NCBI GenBank assembly: GCA_945903605.1
Contig: CAMDOH010000001.1
Span: 46,301-110,300 of the forward strand
Direction: 5' to 3'
Source of the DNA: Akkermansia muciniphila
GTDB lineage: Bacteria > Verrucomicrobiota > Verrucomicrobiia > Limisphaerales > UBA1100
DNA length: 64,000 nucleotides
Positions 1-9,106 of this stretch are shown here, piece by piece (the first letter of the stretch is position 1; each line of letters opens with the position of its first letter). Under the pieces are notes generated by a model. That model was not told the origin of the DNA and ran no database searches. It saw nothing but the letters and a program-made list of their open reading frames with translations. The translations under genes were made by a program, and so were the position numbers.

Positions 1-160
1 TGCCACCCCACACGCGCAATGTCGCAGGGCCGATGGGCGCGTTCAAACTATAGTGAGTCGCCGTATCAGGCCCCACAGTGTAGCTCTTTTCATGCGCCAG
101 AAGGATCTCCCGCAACCTTGAAAACACGCCGGGAAATCTCGTTGGGGCTGATTGGCTCAT
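1..160 (-). CDS. hypothetical protein, N-terminal fragment (gene runs off the left edge)
   Basis: ATG at 160 with AAGGA 6 nt upstream. 53 codons stay open to position 1 (MSQSAPTRFPGVFSRLREILLAHEKSYTV...). Absent from the ORF track because it is truncated. No family recognised. Confidence 0.3.
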   Translation of the reverse strand, partial: MSQSAPTRFPGVFSRLREILLAHEKSYTVGPDTATHYSLNAPIGPATLRVWGG

Positions 161-188
161 CTCAATTCCTTTCGCACAACAAGTTTGT

Positions 189-683
189 TCATTGTCCAGC
201 GGACTTCGTTTCCTCGATCATTTCCGCCCAATCACGAACACCCTGCACGACAAATTTCTCAGTGCCATTTCGCGTCTCCACAGTCAGCCCGTTGAGAATG
301 ATGCTGAACATCCCCGACGTCTTGACGCTGACGATTTGCTCCAGCGCAATTACAAGTTCGTGATTTTGGATATTGTGTTTGTGAGACCGGAAATAGAGAC
401 GCGAAGTAGTGAAATAGAGCCAGCCACCGACTCCTTCCGCGCCGACAATGTGATTTGCCGGCCCCTCTTTCAAGAGTCTCTCGCCCTGTTCGAGCGGGCA
501 CAGGCCTCTGAACTTGCGCGCTTGATAATGAGCAAATGCGGTCATGATGCTAGCAAACAAAAGGCCGGAGACAAGGCCGATGGGAACGCCGAATCTTGGG
601 CCGGCTTTCCACATGAATAAGATTCCCATCACTCCGCCGAATGCGAGCCACAGTAGCAGGAATATTTTGAGGGACTGCTTCAT
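189..683 (-). CDS. small membrane protein with C-terminal GRAM / bacterial PH-like domain
   Basis: 164-aa ORF. Two N-terminal hydrophobic helices are followed by GWLYFTTSRLYFRSHK...LVIALEQIVSV...FVVQGVRDWAEMI, a pattern typical of GRAM/YokE-like PH domains. Its ATG overlaps the polX stop (ATGA). Confidence 0.6.
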   Translation of the reverse strand: MKQSLKIFLLLWLAFGGVMGILFMWKAGPRFGVPIGLVSGLLFASIMTAFAHYQARKFRGLCPLEQGERLLKEGPANHIVGAEGVGGWLYFTTSRLYFRSHKHNIQNHELVIALEQIVSVKTSGMFSIILNGLTVETRNGTEKFVVQGVRDWAEMIEETKSAGQ

Positions 684-2440
684 CGGTTTGATGAGGTGCG
701 TTTCCTGGCCAGTTCTTTTTGCAGCTTTTCCAATGGTAGCGTGTTGATCACGTCAGCTTTTGTGAGCCAGCCTTTGCGAGCCACGCCGGCGCCCAATCGA
801 AGAAAGCCCGCGTGCTCCAGCCGGTGTGCATCGCAGTTGATGACGCAACGCACGCCCTTGTCTTTTGCGTATTGCCAGAGCCGCCAGTCCATGTCGAAGC
901 GGTACGGATTGGAATTCAGCTCAATCCAGGTGCCCGTCGCTGCGCAGGCGTCAATCACCGCGTGCTGGTTCACGGGATACGGTTTGCGCTCGAGCAGTAA
1001 TCGGCCGGTGAGATGGCCGAGCATGTGAACGAAAGGGTTCTCCGCCGCGCGAATCAGCCGCTTGGTGTTGTCTGACTCGTCGCTGCCGGCGACATGCAGA
1101 CTGGCCACGACCACATCGAGTTCGCCCAAAAGATCATCATCAAAATCAAGCCGTTCCTTGAGGACGTCCACCTCACTGCCCGTGAGCAGACGCAAGTCAT
1201 GGCCCTCGTCAGCCAGCTTTTGGTTGACGGCAGAAACAGCTTTGAGCTGCTGGCGCAGGCGATCGGGGGCAAGGCCATTGGCCTGAAAGCTCGCCCGCGA
1301 ATGATCGGTGATGGCCCAGTAGGCGCAGCCCAACTCCTCCACGTGCGCGGCGATTTCATCGAGCGTGCTGTTGCCATCCGACCAGTTGGAATGATTGTGC
1401 AACGAGCCTTTGAGGTCGGTCCATTCCACGAGGCGTTCGGGCAGCGCATTCATTTCTGCCGCCACAAATTCGCCGTGATCCTCGCGCAGCTCAGGCTGGA
1501 TGTAGGGCAGTTCCAGCGCCTCAAAAATCTGTTCTTCCGTCTGACATCGGACGAGCAATGCCGGATCACGTGTCTCCTCCTTGGATTTGAACAAGCCGTA
1601 TTCGTTTAAGCGCAGACCGCGTGCGATGGCCCGCTGGCGCATCACGATGTTGTGCTCCTTGCTGCCGGTGAAGTAGGCCAGCGCATACGGAAACTCCGTG
1701 TCCGCCACCACACGCAGATCTGCCTGCAAACCGCCGGCGAGTATGACGCTCGCCTTGGTTTCGCCCCTGGCACTGATGGAAAGAATGCCCGGCTGCGTGA
1801 CAAAATATTCGATGATGGCCGCCGGATGCTTTGATGAGACGAGGAAATCCACATCGCCGATGGTCTCCTTCCAGCGACGCAAACTTCCCGCTGTGCTGCA
1901 ACGGATGACATCCGGATGCTGGCGCAGCGCATCGAGGATGGGCTCGGCGGCGACCAGCGCCGTGGAAAGATGATGCTTGCTCGCATAAGTGCGTTTGAAG
2001 GTGATGCCCTCAATAATCTTTGCCTGAGTCTTTTCGCCAAAGCCATCGAGCACCGCGATTTTCCCTGCCACGCACGCCGCCTCGAGTGCTTCGATGGACT
2101 CAATGCCCAGCTCATCATGGAGCCTTTTGACCTTCTTTGGTCCGAGGCCGGGAATCTGCAACATCTCAAGCAAGCCCGGCGGAGTCGCCGCTTTTAATTC
2201 TTCGTAGTAGGGCAGCCGGCCCGTGGTGATAAGCGTGGTGATTTTTTCTTGCAACGCCTCGCCAATGCCTTTGATTTCGCCCAGCCGTTCCTCGGCAATC
2301 ATTTTATCCAGCGGCTCGGTGAGACCTTCGAGCGTGCGCGCGGCGTTGGCATAAGCGCGGGTCTTAAACGGGTTCTCACCCTTCAACTCCAGGAGCACTC
2401 CAATCTCAGAAAGGATGTCGGCGACTTGGCTCTTGTCCAT
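680..2440 (-). CDS. polX: family X DNA polymerase with C-terminal PHP phosphoesterase domain
   Basis: N-terminal helix-hairpin-helix and pol-beta-like palm (GSLRRWKETIGDVDFLV) plus a PHP motif (LHNHSNWSDG...ITDHS). Start moved to the ATG at 2440 (MDKSQVADILSEIG); the upstream 29 codons of the track ORF look spurious. Confidence 0.9.
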   Translation of the reverse strand: MDKSQVADILSEIGVLLELKGENPFKTRAYANAARTLEGLTEPLDKMIAEERLGEIKGIGEALQEKITTLITTGRLPYYEELKAATPPGLLEMLQIPGLGPKKVKRLHDELGIESIEALEAACVAGKIAVLDGFGEKTQAKIIEGITFKRTYASKHHLSTALVAAEPILDALRQHPDVIRCSTAGSLRRWKETIGDVDFLVSSKHPAAIIEYFVTQPGILSISARGETKASVILAGGLQADLRVVADTEFPYALAYFTGSKEHNIVMRQRAIARGLRLNEYGLFKSKEETRDPALLVRCQTEEQIFEALELPYIQPELREDHGEFVAAEMNALPERLVEWTDLKGSLHNHSNWSDGNSTLDEIAAHVEELGCAYWAITDHSRASFQANGLAPDRLRQQLKAVSAVNQKLADEGHDLRLLTGSEVDVLKERLDFDDDLLGELDVVVASLHVAGSDESDNTKRLIRAAENPFVHMLGHLTGRLLLERKPYPVNQHAVIDACAATGTWIELNSNPYRFDMDWRLWQYAKDKGVRCVINCDAHRLEHAGFLRLGAGVARKGWLTKADVINTLPLEKLQKELARKRTSSNR

Positions 2441-2466
2441 CCAGCGAATATGAAGTGGTGCTATTG

Positions 2467-2486
2467 AAAGTTCAAAGTTCAAAGTT
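2467..2486. repeat. tandem heptamer (AAAGTTC) x ~2.9 in the polX/thiD divergent intergenic region
   Basis: Read directly: ttgAAAGTTCAAAGTTCAAAGTTgcg. Confidence 0.6.
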
Positions 2487-2512
2487 GCGCGGCATTTGCG
2501 TACAGTCGCGCC

Positions 2513-3334
2513 GTGTCCAAGCGGCAAAAGTTTTCTGTAGCGCTGACGATCGCCGGTTCCGACTCAGGCGGCGGCGCTGGCCTGCAAGCGGATTTGAAAA
2601 CATTCGCCGCCCTCGGCGTGCATGGCACAACAGCGGTGACTTGTGTGACAGTGCAGAACCCGCTCAAAGTTTTTGCGATCCAACCGTGCCGTCCGGAAAT
2701 TGTGCGCGGCCAGATCGAGGCCTTGTTCGCCGAATTGCCGCCACGTGCGGTGAAGACCGGATTGCTCCACTCCGCTGGCATCATCCGTTTGGTGGCCGAT
2801 TTCTTTGATCGGGCCAAATGCCCTCCACTCATTGTAGATCCGGTGATGGTGTCCACGAGCGGCGCTCGATTGCTCAAGTCTGATGCCGTGCGGTTGTATC
2901 AGGAAAGTTTATTGCCGCTGGCGGCATTGGTGACGCCGAATCTTGATGAGGCAGAAATTCTCACTGGGCGCAGTCTTCGTTCGGTGGAGGATTTGAAATG
3001 GGCGGCACGAGAAATACGGTCTCGTTACGGCTGCGCTGCGCTGGTGAAGGGCGGTCATCTGAAATCACTGCCAGCGGCAGTCGATGTTTTTTGGGATGGG
3101 AAAACGGAATTGATTTTGAGCGCGCCGTTTGTGCGCGGTGTTGCGACGCACGGCACAGGCTGCACTTATTCGGCGGCAATCACGGCGTATTTGGCGCGCG
3201 GGTTGGCTCTGTCACGCGCTGTGTCGCTCGCAAAACTTCACATCACCGGATGTGTCAGTCGTAGCGTGCGTGTCGGTGGCCACGATGTGCTGGGGTTCGG
3301 TCCTCGAATCGGTGCGGTGAAATCCCGCAATTGA
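2513..3334 (+). CDS. thiD: hydroxymethylpyrimidine/phosphomethylpyrimidine kinase
   Basis: GTG start. N-terminus VALTIAGSDSGGGAGLQADLKTF and C-terminal THGTGCTYSAAI match ThiD/PdxK-family signatures. Confidence 0.9.
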   Translation: MSKRQKFSVALTIAGSDSGGGAGLQADLKTFAALGVHGTTAVTCVTVQNPLKVFAIQPCRPEIVRGQIEALFAELPPRAVKTGLLHSAGIIRLVADFFDRAKCPPLIVDPVMVSTSGARLLKSDAVRLYQESLLPLAALVTPNLDEAEILTGRSLRSVEDLKWAAREIRSRYGCAALVKGGHLKSLPAAVDVFWDGKTELILSAPFVRGVATHGTGCTYSAAITAYLARGLALSRAVSLAKLHITGCVSRSVRVGGHDVLGFGPRIGAVKSRN

Positions 3335-3338
3335 AGCT

Positions 3339-4226
3339 GTGCGTTGTTGCGTCATTTTTAATCCAGCCGCGAAGGGTGATAAGGCGCGGCATTTTCTGGA
3401 CCGATTGAAGTCGGCGCGAGACGGAGTTGAATTTGTCCCAACCAAGGGACCGGGGGACGCCACAAAGCTGGCGGCCGAAATGGTGGCCAAAGGGCACGAG
3501 ACGATTGTAGCGGCGGGCGGCGACGGCACGGTGAACGAGGTTGCCAATGGATTGTTGCGAGCAGGAAACAGCCGTGTGCGATTGGGTGTATTGCCGCTGG
3601 GAACGGTGAATGTGTTTGCAAAGGAATTGGGGATCCCAACGAGCATCGATGGAGCGTGGACTGTGTTGGAGCGTGGCCGGGAGCGGCGACTGGACGCGGG
3701 TTGGGTGGAGCACGCGGTTGAGGGAGTTTTGCAGCGGCGATATTTTGTGCAGTTGGCTGGGGCGGGCTTGGATGCTCGCGCGGTGGAGTTGGTGACGTGG
3801 GAAAATAAAAAGCGCTATGGAGCGCTGGCGTATGTGATGGCGGGCTGGCGCGCATTGGGAGAGGAGTTGGCGCAGATTCGGGTGGAGTCCGATGGACAGC
3901 AAGTGGAGGGCGCAGAATTGGTGCTCGTGGGAAACGGAAAATTTTATGGCGGGCGCTGGCGAGTTTTTCCCGATGCGGCGATGGATGATGGGCTGCTGGA
4001 AGTGACGGTGTTTCGTCGGTTGAGTCGGTTTTGGCTGCCGCTTTACGGATTGGCAGCGCTGACGGGTGGCTGGGGAATTGCGCCGGGCGTGAGGCGATTT
4101 CGCGCGAGAGAGCTGAGTTTGTCGAATGTGGGAAATGCGGCATTCGAATTGGAAGGCGATTGGGCTGGCACATTACCAATCCGGATTGGGATTGAACCGA
4201 AAGCCATACGAGTTGTGGTTCCGTAG
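3339..4226 (+). CDS. diacylglycerol-kinase-family lipid kinase (YegS/BmrU-like)
   Basis: GTG start. IFNPAAKGDKA...VAAGGDGTVNEVANGL...LGVLPLGTVNVFAKELG is the DAGK catalytic-domain signature. Confidence 0.85.
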   Translation: MRCCVIFNPAAKGDKARHFLDRLKSARDGVEFVPTKGPGDATKLAAEMVAKGHETIVAAGGDGTVNEVANGLLRAGNSRVRLGVLPLGTVNVFAKELGIPTSIDGAWTVLERGRERRLDAGWVEHAVEGVLQRRYFVQLAGAGLDARAVELVTWENKKRYGALAYVMAGWRALGEELAQIRVESDGQQVEGAELVLVGNGKFYGGRWRVFPDAAMDDGLLEVTVFRRLSRFWLPLYGLAALTGGWGIAPGVRRFRARELSLSNVGNAAFELEGDWAGTLPIRIGIEPKAIRVVVP

Positions 4227-4255
4227 TCGATTGTCCCAATTGCTGAAAACAGTGC

Positions 4256-4284
4256 TTGCAAGGGTGGAGTGTGCTGACTAGATT
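4256..4284 (+). promoter_or_regulatory. sigma70-like promoter candidate for the rpsP operon
   Basis: TTGCAA, a 17-nt spacer, then TAGATT, about 65 nt upstream of the rpsP ATG. Pattern match only. Confidence 0.3.
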
Positions 4285-4349
4285 CGCGCTCCTTTTTGGA
4301 CGGAAAGGCTATTTGCCATGCAAGTGGTTGCCCGTTCGAGGAACTTTTT

Positions 4350-4613
4350 ATGGCGGTAACTATCAGGCTAAAACGGATTGGGAAAAAAAATTCTCCCGCA
4401 TATCGTGTGGTTGTGGCTGACGCGCGCAGTCCTCGCGACGGACGCTTCCTCGAAGAGGTCGGCAGCTATTCGCCAATGAAGGCGGGCGAGAATTTCACAT
4501 TGAATCTGGACCGTGTGAATCATTGGATGCACTGCGGTGCCAAGCCGAGCGACACGGTGGCCAGTTTTATTCGCAAGGCAAAGCGTGCCGCAAAAGCCGC
4601 TGCGGCGAAGTAA
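4350..4613 (+). CDS. rpsP: 30S ribosomal protein S16
   Basis: MAVTIRLKRIGKKNSPAYRVVVADARSPRDGRFLEEVGSYSP. GAGGAA Shine-Dalgarno lies 7 nt upstream of the ATG at 4350. The track ORF starts 18 codons too early. Confidence 0.95.
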   Translation: MAVTIRLKRIGKKNSPAYRVVVADARSPRDGRFLEEVGSYSPMKAGENFTLNLDRVNHWMHCGAKPSDTVASFIRKAKRAAKAAAAK

Positions 4614-4625
4614 GTCGATTCGGCC

Positions 4626-4874
4626 ATGCAGACGTTTCTCGAATATGTCGTAAAAGGTCTGGTGAGCAAACCAGAATTGGTGGACATCCGTCCGGTGGAT
4701 CAGAACGGCGCGACAATTTATGAATTACGGATGGATCCGGATGATGTGGGCCGAGTGATTGGTCGCCGGGGTGTGACGATTTCAGCCATCCGTTCACTTT
4801 TGGAATCGGGATCGGCCAAGCAGGGCAAACGGAGTCGTGTGGAGATCGTCGAGGAAGACGGCTCCGCGAATTGA
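4626..4874 (+). CDS. KH-domain RNA-binding protein (YlqC/UPF0109 family)
   Basis: 82 aa with [19 protein letters not shown] (GXXG KH motif). It sits in the conserved position between rpsP and trmD. Confidence 0.85.
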   Translation: MQTFLEYVVKGLVSKPELVDIRPVDQNGATIYELRMDPDDVGRVIGRRGVTISAIRSLLESGSAKQGKRSRVEIVEEDGSAN

Positions 4875-4900
4875 TTTTTGGCCATGAGGCCGAGGCGAGC

Positions 4901-5593
4901 ATGAAAGTAGATGTGCTCACCTTGTTCCCCGAAATGTTTTCGGGGCCGCTGGATGAAAGCATCATCGGGCGGGCACGTGAAACAGGGCGGTTGGAACTGA
5001 AAATCCATCCGTTACGGGATTGGACGCACGACCGGCACAGGACAGTGGATGACAAGCCGTTTGGCGGCGGGCCGGGAATGGTGCTGAAGCCCGAACCGAT
5101 TTTTGAGGCAGTGGAAAGTTTGGCGACTGAGCAAACCCATGTGGTGTTGTTCACGCCTGCGGGAAGGCGGTTCGACCAATCGGTGGCTGTCGAACTGGCA
5201 CAGAAGGGGCACTTGGTGCTGATTTGTGCAAGTTACGAGGGTGTGGACGAACGGGTGCGCGAAACGTTGGTGGACGATGAAATTTCCATCGGCGACTTTG
5301 TGCTGACGAACGGAAACCTGCCGGCGATATTGGTGATTGATTCGGTGACACGGTTGTTGCCCGGTGTGCTGGGCGATGATGCCAGCTCGGCGGATGAATC
5401 CTTCAGCCACGGGCTGCTGGAATATCCGCACTACACGCGGCCAGCGGAATTTCGAGGGCAAAAGGTGCCTGAGGTGCTGTTGTCCGGCAATCACGGTGAG
5501 ATTGAACAGTGGCGTCGGGAACAGGCGCAAGAACGGACGCGGGAAAGACGTCCGGATTTGTGGGAACAATTTAACAAAAAGAAAAAGATATGA
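4901..5593 (+). CDS. trmD: tRNA (guanine37-N1)-methyltransferase
   Basis: [17 protein letters not shown]...[17 protein letters not shown]...YEGVDERV is typical TrmD. ATG at 4901. Confidence 0.95.
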   Translation: MKVDVLTLFPEMFSGPLDESIIGRARETGRLELKIHPLRDWTHDRHRTVDDKPFGGGPGMVLKPEPIFEAVESLATEQTHVVLFTPAGRRFDQSVAVELAQKGHLVLICASYEGVDERVRETLVDDEISIGDFVLTNGNLPAILVIDSVTRLLPGVLGDDASSADESFSHGLLEYPHYTRPAEFRGQKVPEVLLSGNHGEIEQWRREQAQERTRERRPDLWEQFNKKKKI

Positions 5594-5940
5594 ATCAGGC
5601 ATTGATCAAGAAGATTGAAGCAGAGCAGTTCCGCAAGAAGGCGGCCGACTTCAATGTGGGCGACACTGTGAAAGTCCATACCCGCGTTGTGGAAGGCGAG
5701 AAGGAACGCACGCAGGTGTTTACTGGAATTGTCATCGGTCGGCGCGGCATCGGACTTAGCGAAATGTTCACCGTCCGCCGCATCAGTTACGGCGAAGGCG
5801 TGGAACGTATTTTCCCCATCCATTCGCCGATGGTTGAAAAGGTGGAAGTGGAACGGCATGGCAAAGTGCGTCGCGCCAAACTGACTTACCTGCGCGGCCG
5901 CGTCGGTCGCGAAGCGATGACGGTGCGCGAACGCGAGTAA
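5590..5940 (+). CDS. rplS: 50S ribosomal protein L19
   Basis: [37 protein letters not shown] overlap with the trmD stop. Confidence 0.95.
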   Translation: MNQALIKKIEAEQFRKKAADFNVGDTVKVHTRVVEGEKERTQVFTGIVIGRRGIGLSEMFTVRRISYGEGVERIFPIHSPMVEKVEVERHGKVRRAKLTYLRGRVGREAMTVRERE

Positions 5941-5972
5941 GTCGCGGCCATTCTACAATTAGTTTTTTCGCA

Positions 5973-6004
5973 CAGGCGGGGTTTCTCCCCGCCTGATTGC
6001 TTTT
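5973..6004 (+). terminator. intrinsic terminator candidate after rplS
   Basis: CAGGCGGGG-tttct-CCCCGCCTG hairpin followed by attgcTTTT (interrupted U-tract). Confidence 0.45.
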
Positions 6005-6056
6005 GCAGATTGCATTTTTCAACGACTGGCTTCAAAGACCCGCCGTGGCTCGAGTT

Positions 6057-6704
6057 GTGGAAACAGTGGACAAATTTTCATTTGAACGCGCACTCGTGAT
6101 GCAATGTCAGTGGCCGATTGCGGGTGTGGATGAGGCTGGGCGCGGACCTTTGGCGGGGCCGGTCGTTGCCGCCGCAGTGATTTTCCCGAAGATGTGGATT
6201 GAATCGGGATTGCCAGCGCAACTGGCCGGGCTGAACGATTCAAAACAGCTCACGCCCAAAGCGCGCGCGCATTTCTTTGAGATGATCACGTCCAGTGCAG
6301 ATGTGATTTACGAGATTGCCGTCGTCGATTCGCAAGTCATCGATTCCATCAACATTCTGCAGGCGACACATCGAGCGATGAATGTAGCGCTGGCGGGCTT
6401 GTCCGTTTTTCCAATGCATGTTCTCGTGGATGGGACGCGTGTCAATTCCATGCGATTCCCGCAGACGCCACTGGTGAAAGGAGACTCGCGCAGTTACTCG
6501 ATCGCCGCAGCGAGTGTGCTGGCGAAGGTCACACGCGATCGGATGATGGAGCGATACGATGCTGAGTTTCCCGGATATGGATTTGCCGTGCACAAGGGAT
6601 ACGGAACGCCGGTGCATTTGGAGGCGATCGCAAGATTGGGGCCGAGTGCGATTCACCGGTTGAGTTTCGCGCCACTCAAAAGTGAGCAAGCTGGGCTGTT
6701 CTAA
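6057..6704 (+). CDS. rnhB: ribonuclease HII
   Basis: IAGVDEAGRGPLAGPVVAAAV...DSKQLTPKAR...VDGT motifs. The track start (TTG 5997) lies inside the rplS terminator, so GTG 6057 is preferred. GTG 6066 or ATG 6099 are also possible. Confidence 0.85.
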   Translation: METVDKFSFERALVMQCQWPIAGVDEAGRGPLAGPVVAAAVIFPKMWIESGLPAQLAGLNDSKQLTPKARAHFFEMITSSADVIYEIAVVDSQVIDSINILQATHRAMNVALAGLSVFPMHVLVDGTRVNSMRFPQTPLVKGDSRSYSIAAASVLAKVTRDRMMERYDAEFPGYGFAVHKGYGTPVHLEAIARLGPSAIHRLSFAPLKSEQAGLF

Positions 6705-6709
6705 CGAAC

Positions 6710-7138
6710 ATGGAATTCTGGCAGCGACTGAAATCATTCGTGACGGGAAAATCAAGACCGGAACATTTGCGTCGAGGTGAATTGGGTGAACGCGCGGCGA
6801 AACGTCATTTGAAGTCGATGGGGCTGAAATTTCTGACGGCCAATTTCAAAACAAAGAGAGGTGAATTGGATTTGGTGTTTCGCGATGGAGATTGTCTTGT
6901 GTTTGTCGAGGTGAAGACGCGTTCGAGTGAACGCTGGTCGCGGCCGGCGGCGGCTGTTAATTTGGGAAAGCGTCGCAAAATCAGCAGGGTGGCATTGGAT
7001 TATCTGCGATTGTTGAGAGGGTCGTTGGTGAAGTTCCGATTCGACATTGTGGAGGTTTTGGTCGATTCGGACGCGGTGCGCGAAGTTCGGCATCTACCGG
7101 GGGCATTTCAACTCGTCAAACGAAATAGCGGAAGATGA
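6710..7138 (+). CDS. yraN: YraN-family (UPF0102) predicted endonuclease
   Basis: GELGERAAKRHLKSMGLKFLTANFKTKRGELDLVFRDGDCLVFVEVKTRS is the classic YraN core. Confidence 0.85.
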   Translation: MEFWQRLKSFVTGKSRPEHLRRGELGERAAKRHLKSMGLKFLTANFKTKRGELDLVFRDGDCLVFVEVKTRSSERWSRPAAAVNLGKRRKISRVALDYLRLLRGSLVKFRFDIVEVLVDSDAVREVRHLPGAFQLVKRNSGR

Positions 7139-7151
7139 TTTGGCAAATTGT

Positions 7152-7180
7152 TTGACGCGTCCGTGTTGTATTTGTAGCGT
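7152..7180 (+). promoter_or_regulatory. sigma70-like promoter candidate for tRNA-Asn
   Basis: TTGACG, a 17-nt spacer, then TAGCGT, ending 16 nt before the tRNA 5' end. Pattern match only. Confidence 0.3.
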
Positions 7181-7196
7181 CTGCGGCCTTGGTTCA

Positions 7197-7271
7197 TCCA
7201 GAGTAGCTCAATGGTAGAGCACGCGGCTGTTAACCGTGTGGTTGCAGGTTCGAGCCCTGCCTCTGGAGCCA
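7197..7271 (+). tRNA. tRNA-Asn (anticodon GTT), CCA encoded
   Basis: Hand-folded cloverleaf. Acceptor TCCAGAG/CTCTGGA, D arm GCTC-AATGGTA-GAGC, anticodon arm CGCGG-CTGTTAA-CCGTG, T arm GCAGG-TTCGAGC-CCTGC, discriminator G plus CCA. Confidence 0.95.
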
Positions 7272-7290
7272 AGTTTTCTGAAGCGCACTA

Positions 7291-8247
7291 TCAGCGCTGC
7301 TCACGTTGCCGGGCGACTTCGTCGTAAATTTTCACGGGCACGGGCTTGAGGTCCCAAATAATCCCCACCCAACTCATGGCCTTGAGCACGTAGAAGGTGA
7401 TGTCGATCTCCCACCAATAGAATCCTTGGCGCGCGGAATGCATGTAGTGGTGATGATTATTGTGCCAGCCTTCTCCCAGTGTGATGAGCGCAAGAAAAAT
7501 GTTGTTCCGGCTTTTGTCGGAAGTCGTGAAGCGACGTTTGCCGATGAGGTGGGCGAGTGAGTTGATGCTCGCTGTGCAGTGGAATAGGACAATGGTACTG
7601 ACAAAAAATCCCCAAATGAGCATCTGCGGGCCATTGGTACCCGAGTCGGGCCACCAGTGGCCGAGCGCGGCGCCGAATGCAAATGTGATTGCCGCGAGTA
7701 CAACGGGAACCACCATGTCGAATCGATTCAGGAAAACCAATTCGGGATATTGCGTGAAGTCTTTGACGACTTTGTAATCGGTCGGAAAATTGCGTGAGCT
7801 GGTGATCCAGCCGATGTGCGACCAAATGAAGCCGTGCTTGATGGGCGAGTGAACGTCTGGCTCTTCATCGGAATGTTGATGGTGGTTGCGATGATGGAAT
7901 GCCCACCATAGCGGGCCGCGTTGGATGGCCGAGGAACCCAAAAGGCCGAAGATGAATTGCGCCGCACGCGAAGTTTTGAATGTTCGGTGTGAGAAATAAC
8001 GGTGATAAAAACCAGTGATGGCGAACATGCGTATGAAGTAAAGCACCGCCGCCGTGATGGCCGCGACCCAGCTAAACCCCACCCAAATCACCCCCAGACA
8101 GGCTACGTGGAGCAGGGCAAACGGGATGGTTCGAATGAAATCTGGCTGATCCGGCAACGCCTCCGGATTCTTGGTTCCGATATCGGTATCAAACCACTGA
8201 ACAAATTTGGCGATCATCGCCCTGATTCCAACTGCAATAGTACGCAC
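7291..8247 (-). CDS. acyl-CoA (delta-9-type) fatty-acid desaturase
   Basis: Three histidine boxes (HRYFSHR, HHRNHHQHSD, HNNHHHY) in a four-TM membrane protein. Start is either GTG 8247 or ATG 8217. Confidence 0.9.
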   Translation of the reverse strand: MRTIAVGIRAMIAKFVQWFDTDIGTKNPEALPDQPDFIRTIPFALLHVACLGVIWVGFSWVAAITAAVLYFIRMFAITGFYHRYFSHRTFKTSRAAQFIFGLLGSSAIQRGPLWWAFHHRNHHQHSDEEPDVHSPIKHGFIWSHIGWITSSRNFPTDYKVVKDFTQYPELVFLNRFDMVVPVVLAAITFAFGAALGHWWPDSGTNGPQMLIWGFFVSTIVLFHCTASINSLAHLIGKRRFTTSDKSRNNIFLALITLGEGWHNNHHHYMHSARQGFYWWEIDITFYVLKAMSWVGIIWDLKPVPVKIYDEVARQREQR

Positions 8248-8413
8248 CCGTTGAGCCTGCCGATTTCACCTGTTCGCGTCAAAATTAAAATTGTGAAACT
8301 TGTTGGCTCAGTGATGATGAACCGTGCATTGCAATTGCTCAACGCCGCTTTTGCCAGTCAGTTATGATGCGCGATTAGTTCAGCGCGAGCGACCGGCGAA
8401 TAGTTCGCCCAAA

Positions 8414-9106
8414 ATGTTTCATCGCTGGGAGAATCTCCTGTTTCTTCATTGGAAATGGTCAGCAGAGGAGATTCAGTCGCTTCTACCTCGCGGTCTGTGG
8501 GTGGATAGTTTCGCGGGTTCGGCTTATCTCGGAGTCGTTCCGTTTTTCATGCGCAATATCCGGTTTCGTGGCTTTCCATCCGTTCCGTGGATCTCGGATT
8601 TTCTTGAAACTAACTTGCGGACGTATGTGCGCGACAAGCACGGAACTCCCGGCGTTTGGTTTTTCACCCTCGACGCCAATCAACCCTTGGTCGTCTGGTG
8701 GGCGCGCCGTTTTTTTCACCTCAATTACATCCACTCACGAATGTCAGCTCGCTTGAACGGAGTAGAAATTTTGGATTATTCACTGGCGCGCGCTGATTCA
8801 GAGTCATCAGGCACATCGCGATTCAGTTATCAGCCGACGGGAAACGATCGGCTCGCCGCGCCGGGATCATTGGAGTTTTTTCTCATTGAGCGCTACGTGT
8901 TGTTTGCATGGAATGCCCAAACAAATCTGCTTCAGTCTGGGAGAGTTCATCATCAACCCTACTTGTTGCAGGATGTGAGTCTCACCGCTTGGGACGACCA
9001 GATTTTGCGCTGGAACTCTTTCGATGCGAAATCCAGACCTCCCGATCACGCCGTGATGTCGCCGGGTGTGGACGTCGAAGTGTTCGGTTTGGAACCGGTG
9101 CCCTAA
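8414..9106 (+). CDS. DUF2071 (YqjF-like) domain protein
   Basis: MFHRWENLLFLHWKW...YLGVVPFFMRNIRF... resembles DUF2071 N-termini. ATG 8414 is preferred over the track GTG at 8324. Confidence 0.65.
   Translation: MFHRWENLLFLHWKWSAEEIQSLLPRGLWVDSFAGSAYLGVVPFFMRNIRFRGFPSVPWISDFLETNLRTYVRDKHGTPGVWFFTLDANQPLVVWWARRFFHLNYIHSRMSARLNGVEILDYSLARADSESSGTSRFSYQPTGNDRLAAPGSLEFFLIERYVLFAWNAQTNLLQSGRVHHQPYLLQDVSLTAWDDQILRWNSFDAKSRPPDHAVMSPGVDVEVFGLEPVP

Noticed and set aside
19-620. Two + strand ORFs (19..363 and 192..620).
   Set aside because: They lie opposite the GRAM-domain gene and the left-edge gene. They have no motifs and a Ser/Pro/Arg-rich composition.
2441-2512. Possible TPP (THI-box) riboswitch upstream of thiD.
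   Set aside because: The region is only 72 nt and lacks the conserved CTGAGA / ACCTGATCTGGATAATGCCAGCG-type blocks.
3358-4239. 293-aa minus-strand ORF, Pro/Ser/Ala-rich.
   Set aside because: It lies antisense to the DAGK-family lipid kinase gene and is a low-complexity shadow frame.
4613-4901. Absence of rimM from the rpsP-KH-trmD-rplS operon.
   Set aside because: The gene order of this operon varies between phyla, and rimM may be elsewhere in the genome. This is not an anomaly I can support from one window.
7197-7271. tRNA-Asn, and tRNA-Pro at 44120..44196, as possible integration sites for a genomic island.
   Set aside because: The flanks contain ordinary metabolic or envelope genes. There is no integrase, no duplicated tRNA 3' end (att-like direct repeat) that I could see, and no compositional break visible by eye.
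8329-8338. The 10-mer ATTGCAATTG occurs both in the desaturase/DUF2071 intergenic region and at 50172..50181 upstream of the SDR-CoA-transferase operon.
   Set aside because: Chance recurrence of a single 10-mer is expected many times in 64 kb, so it is not evidence for a shared regulator without a genome-wide motif search.
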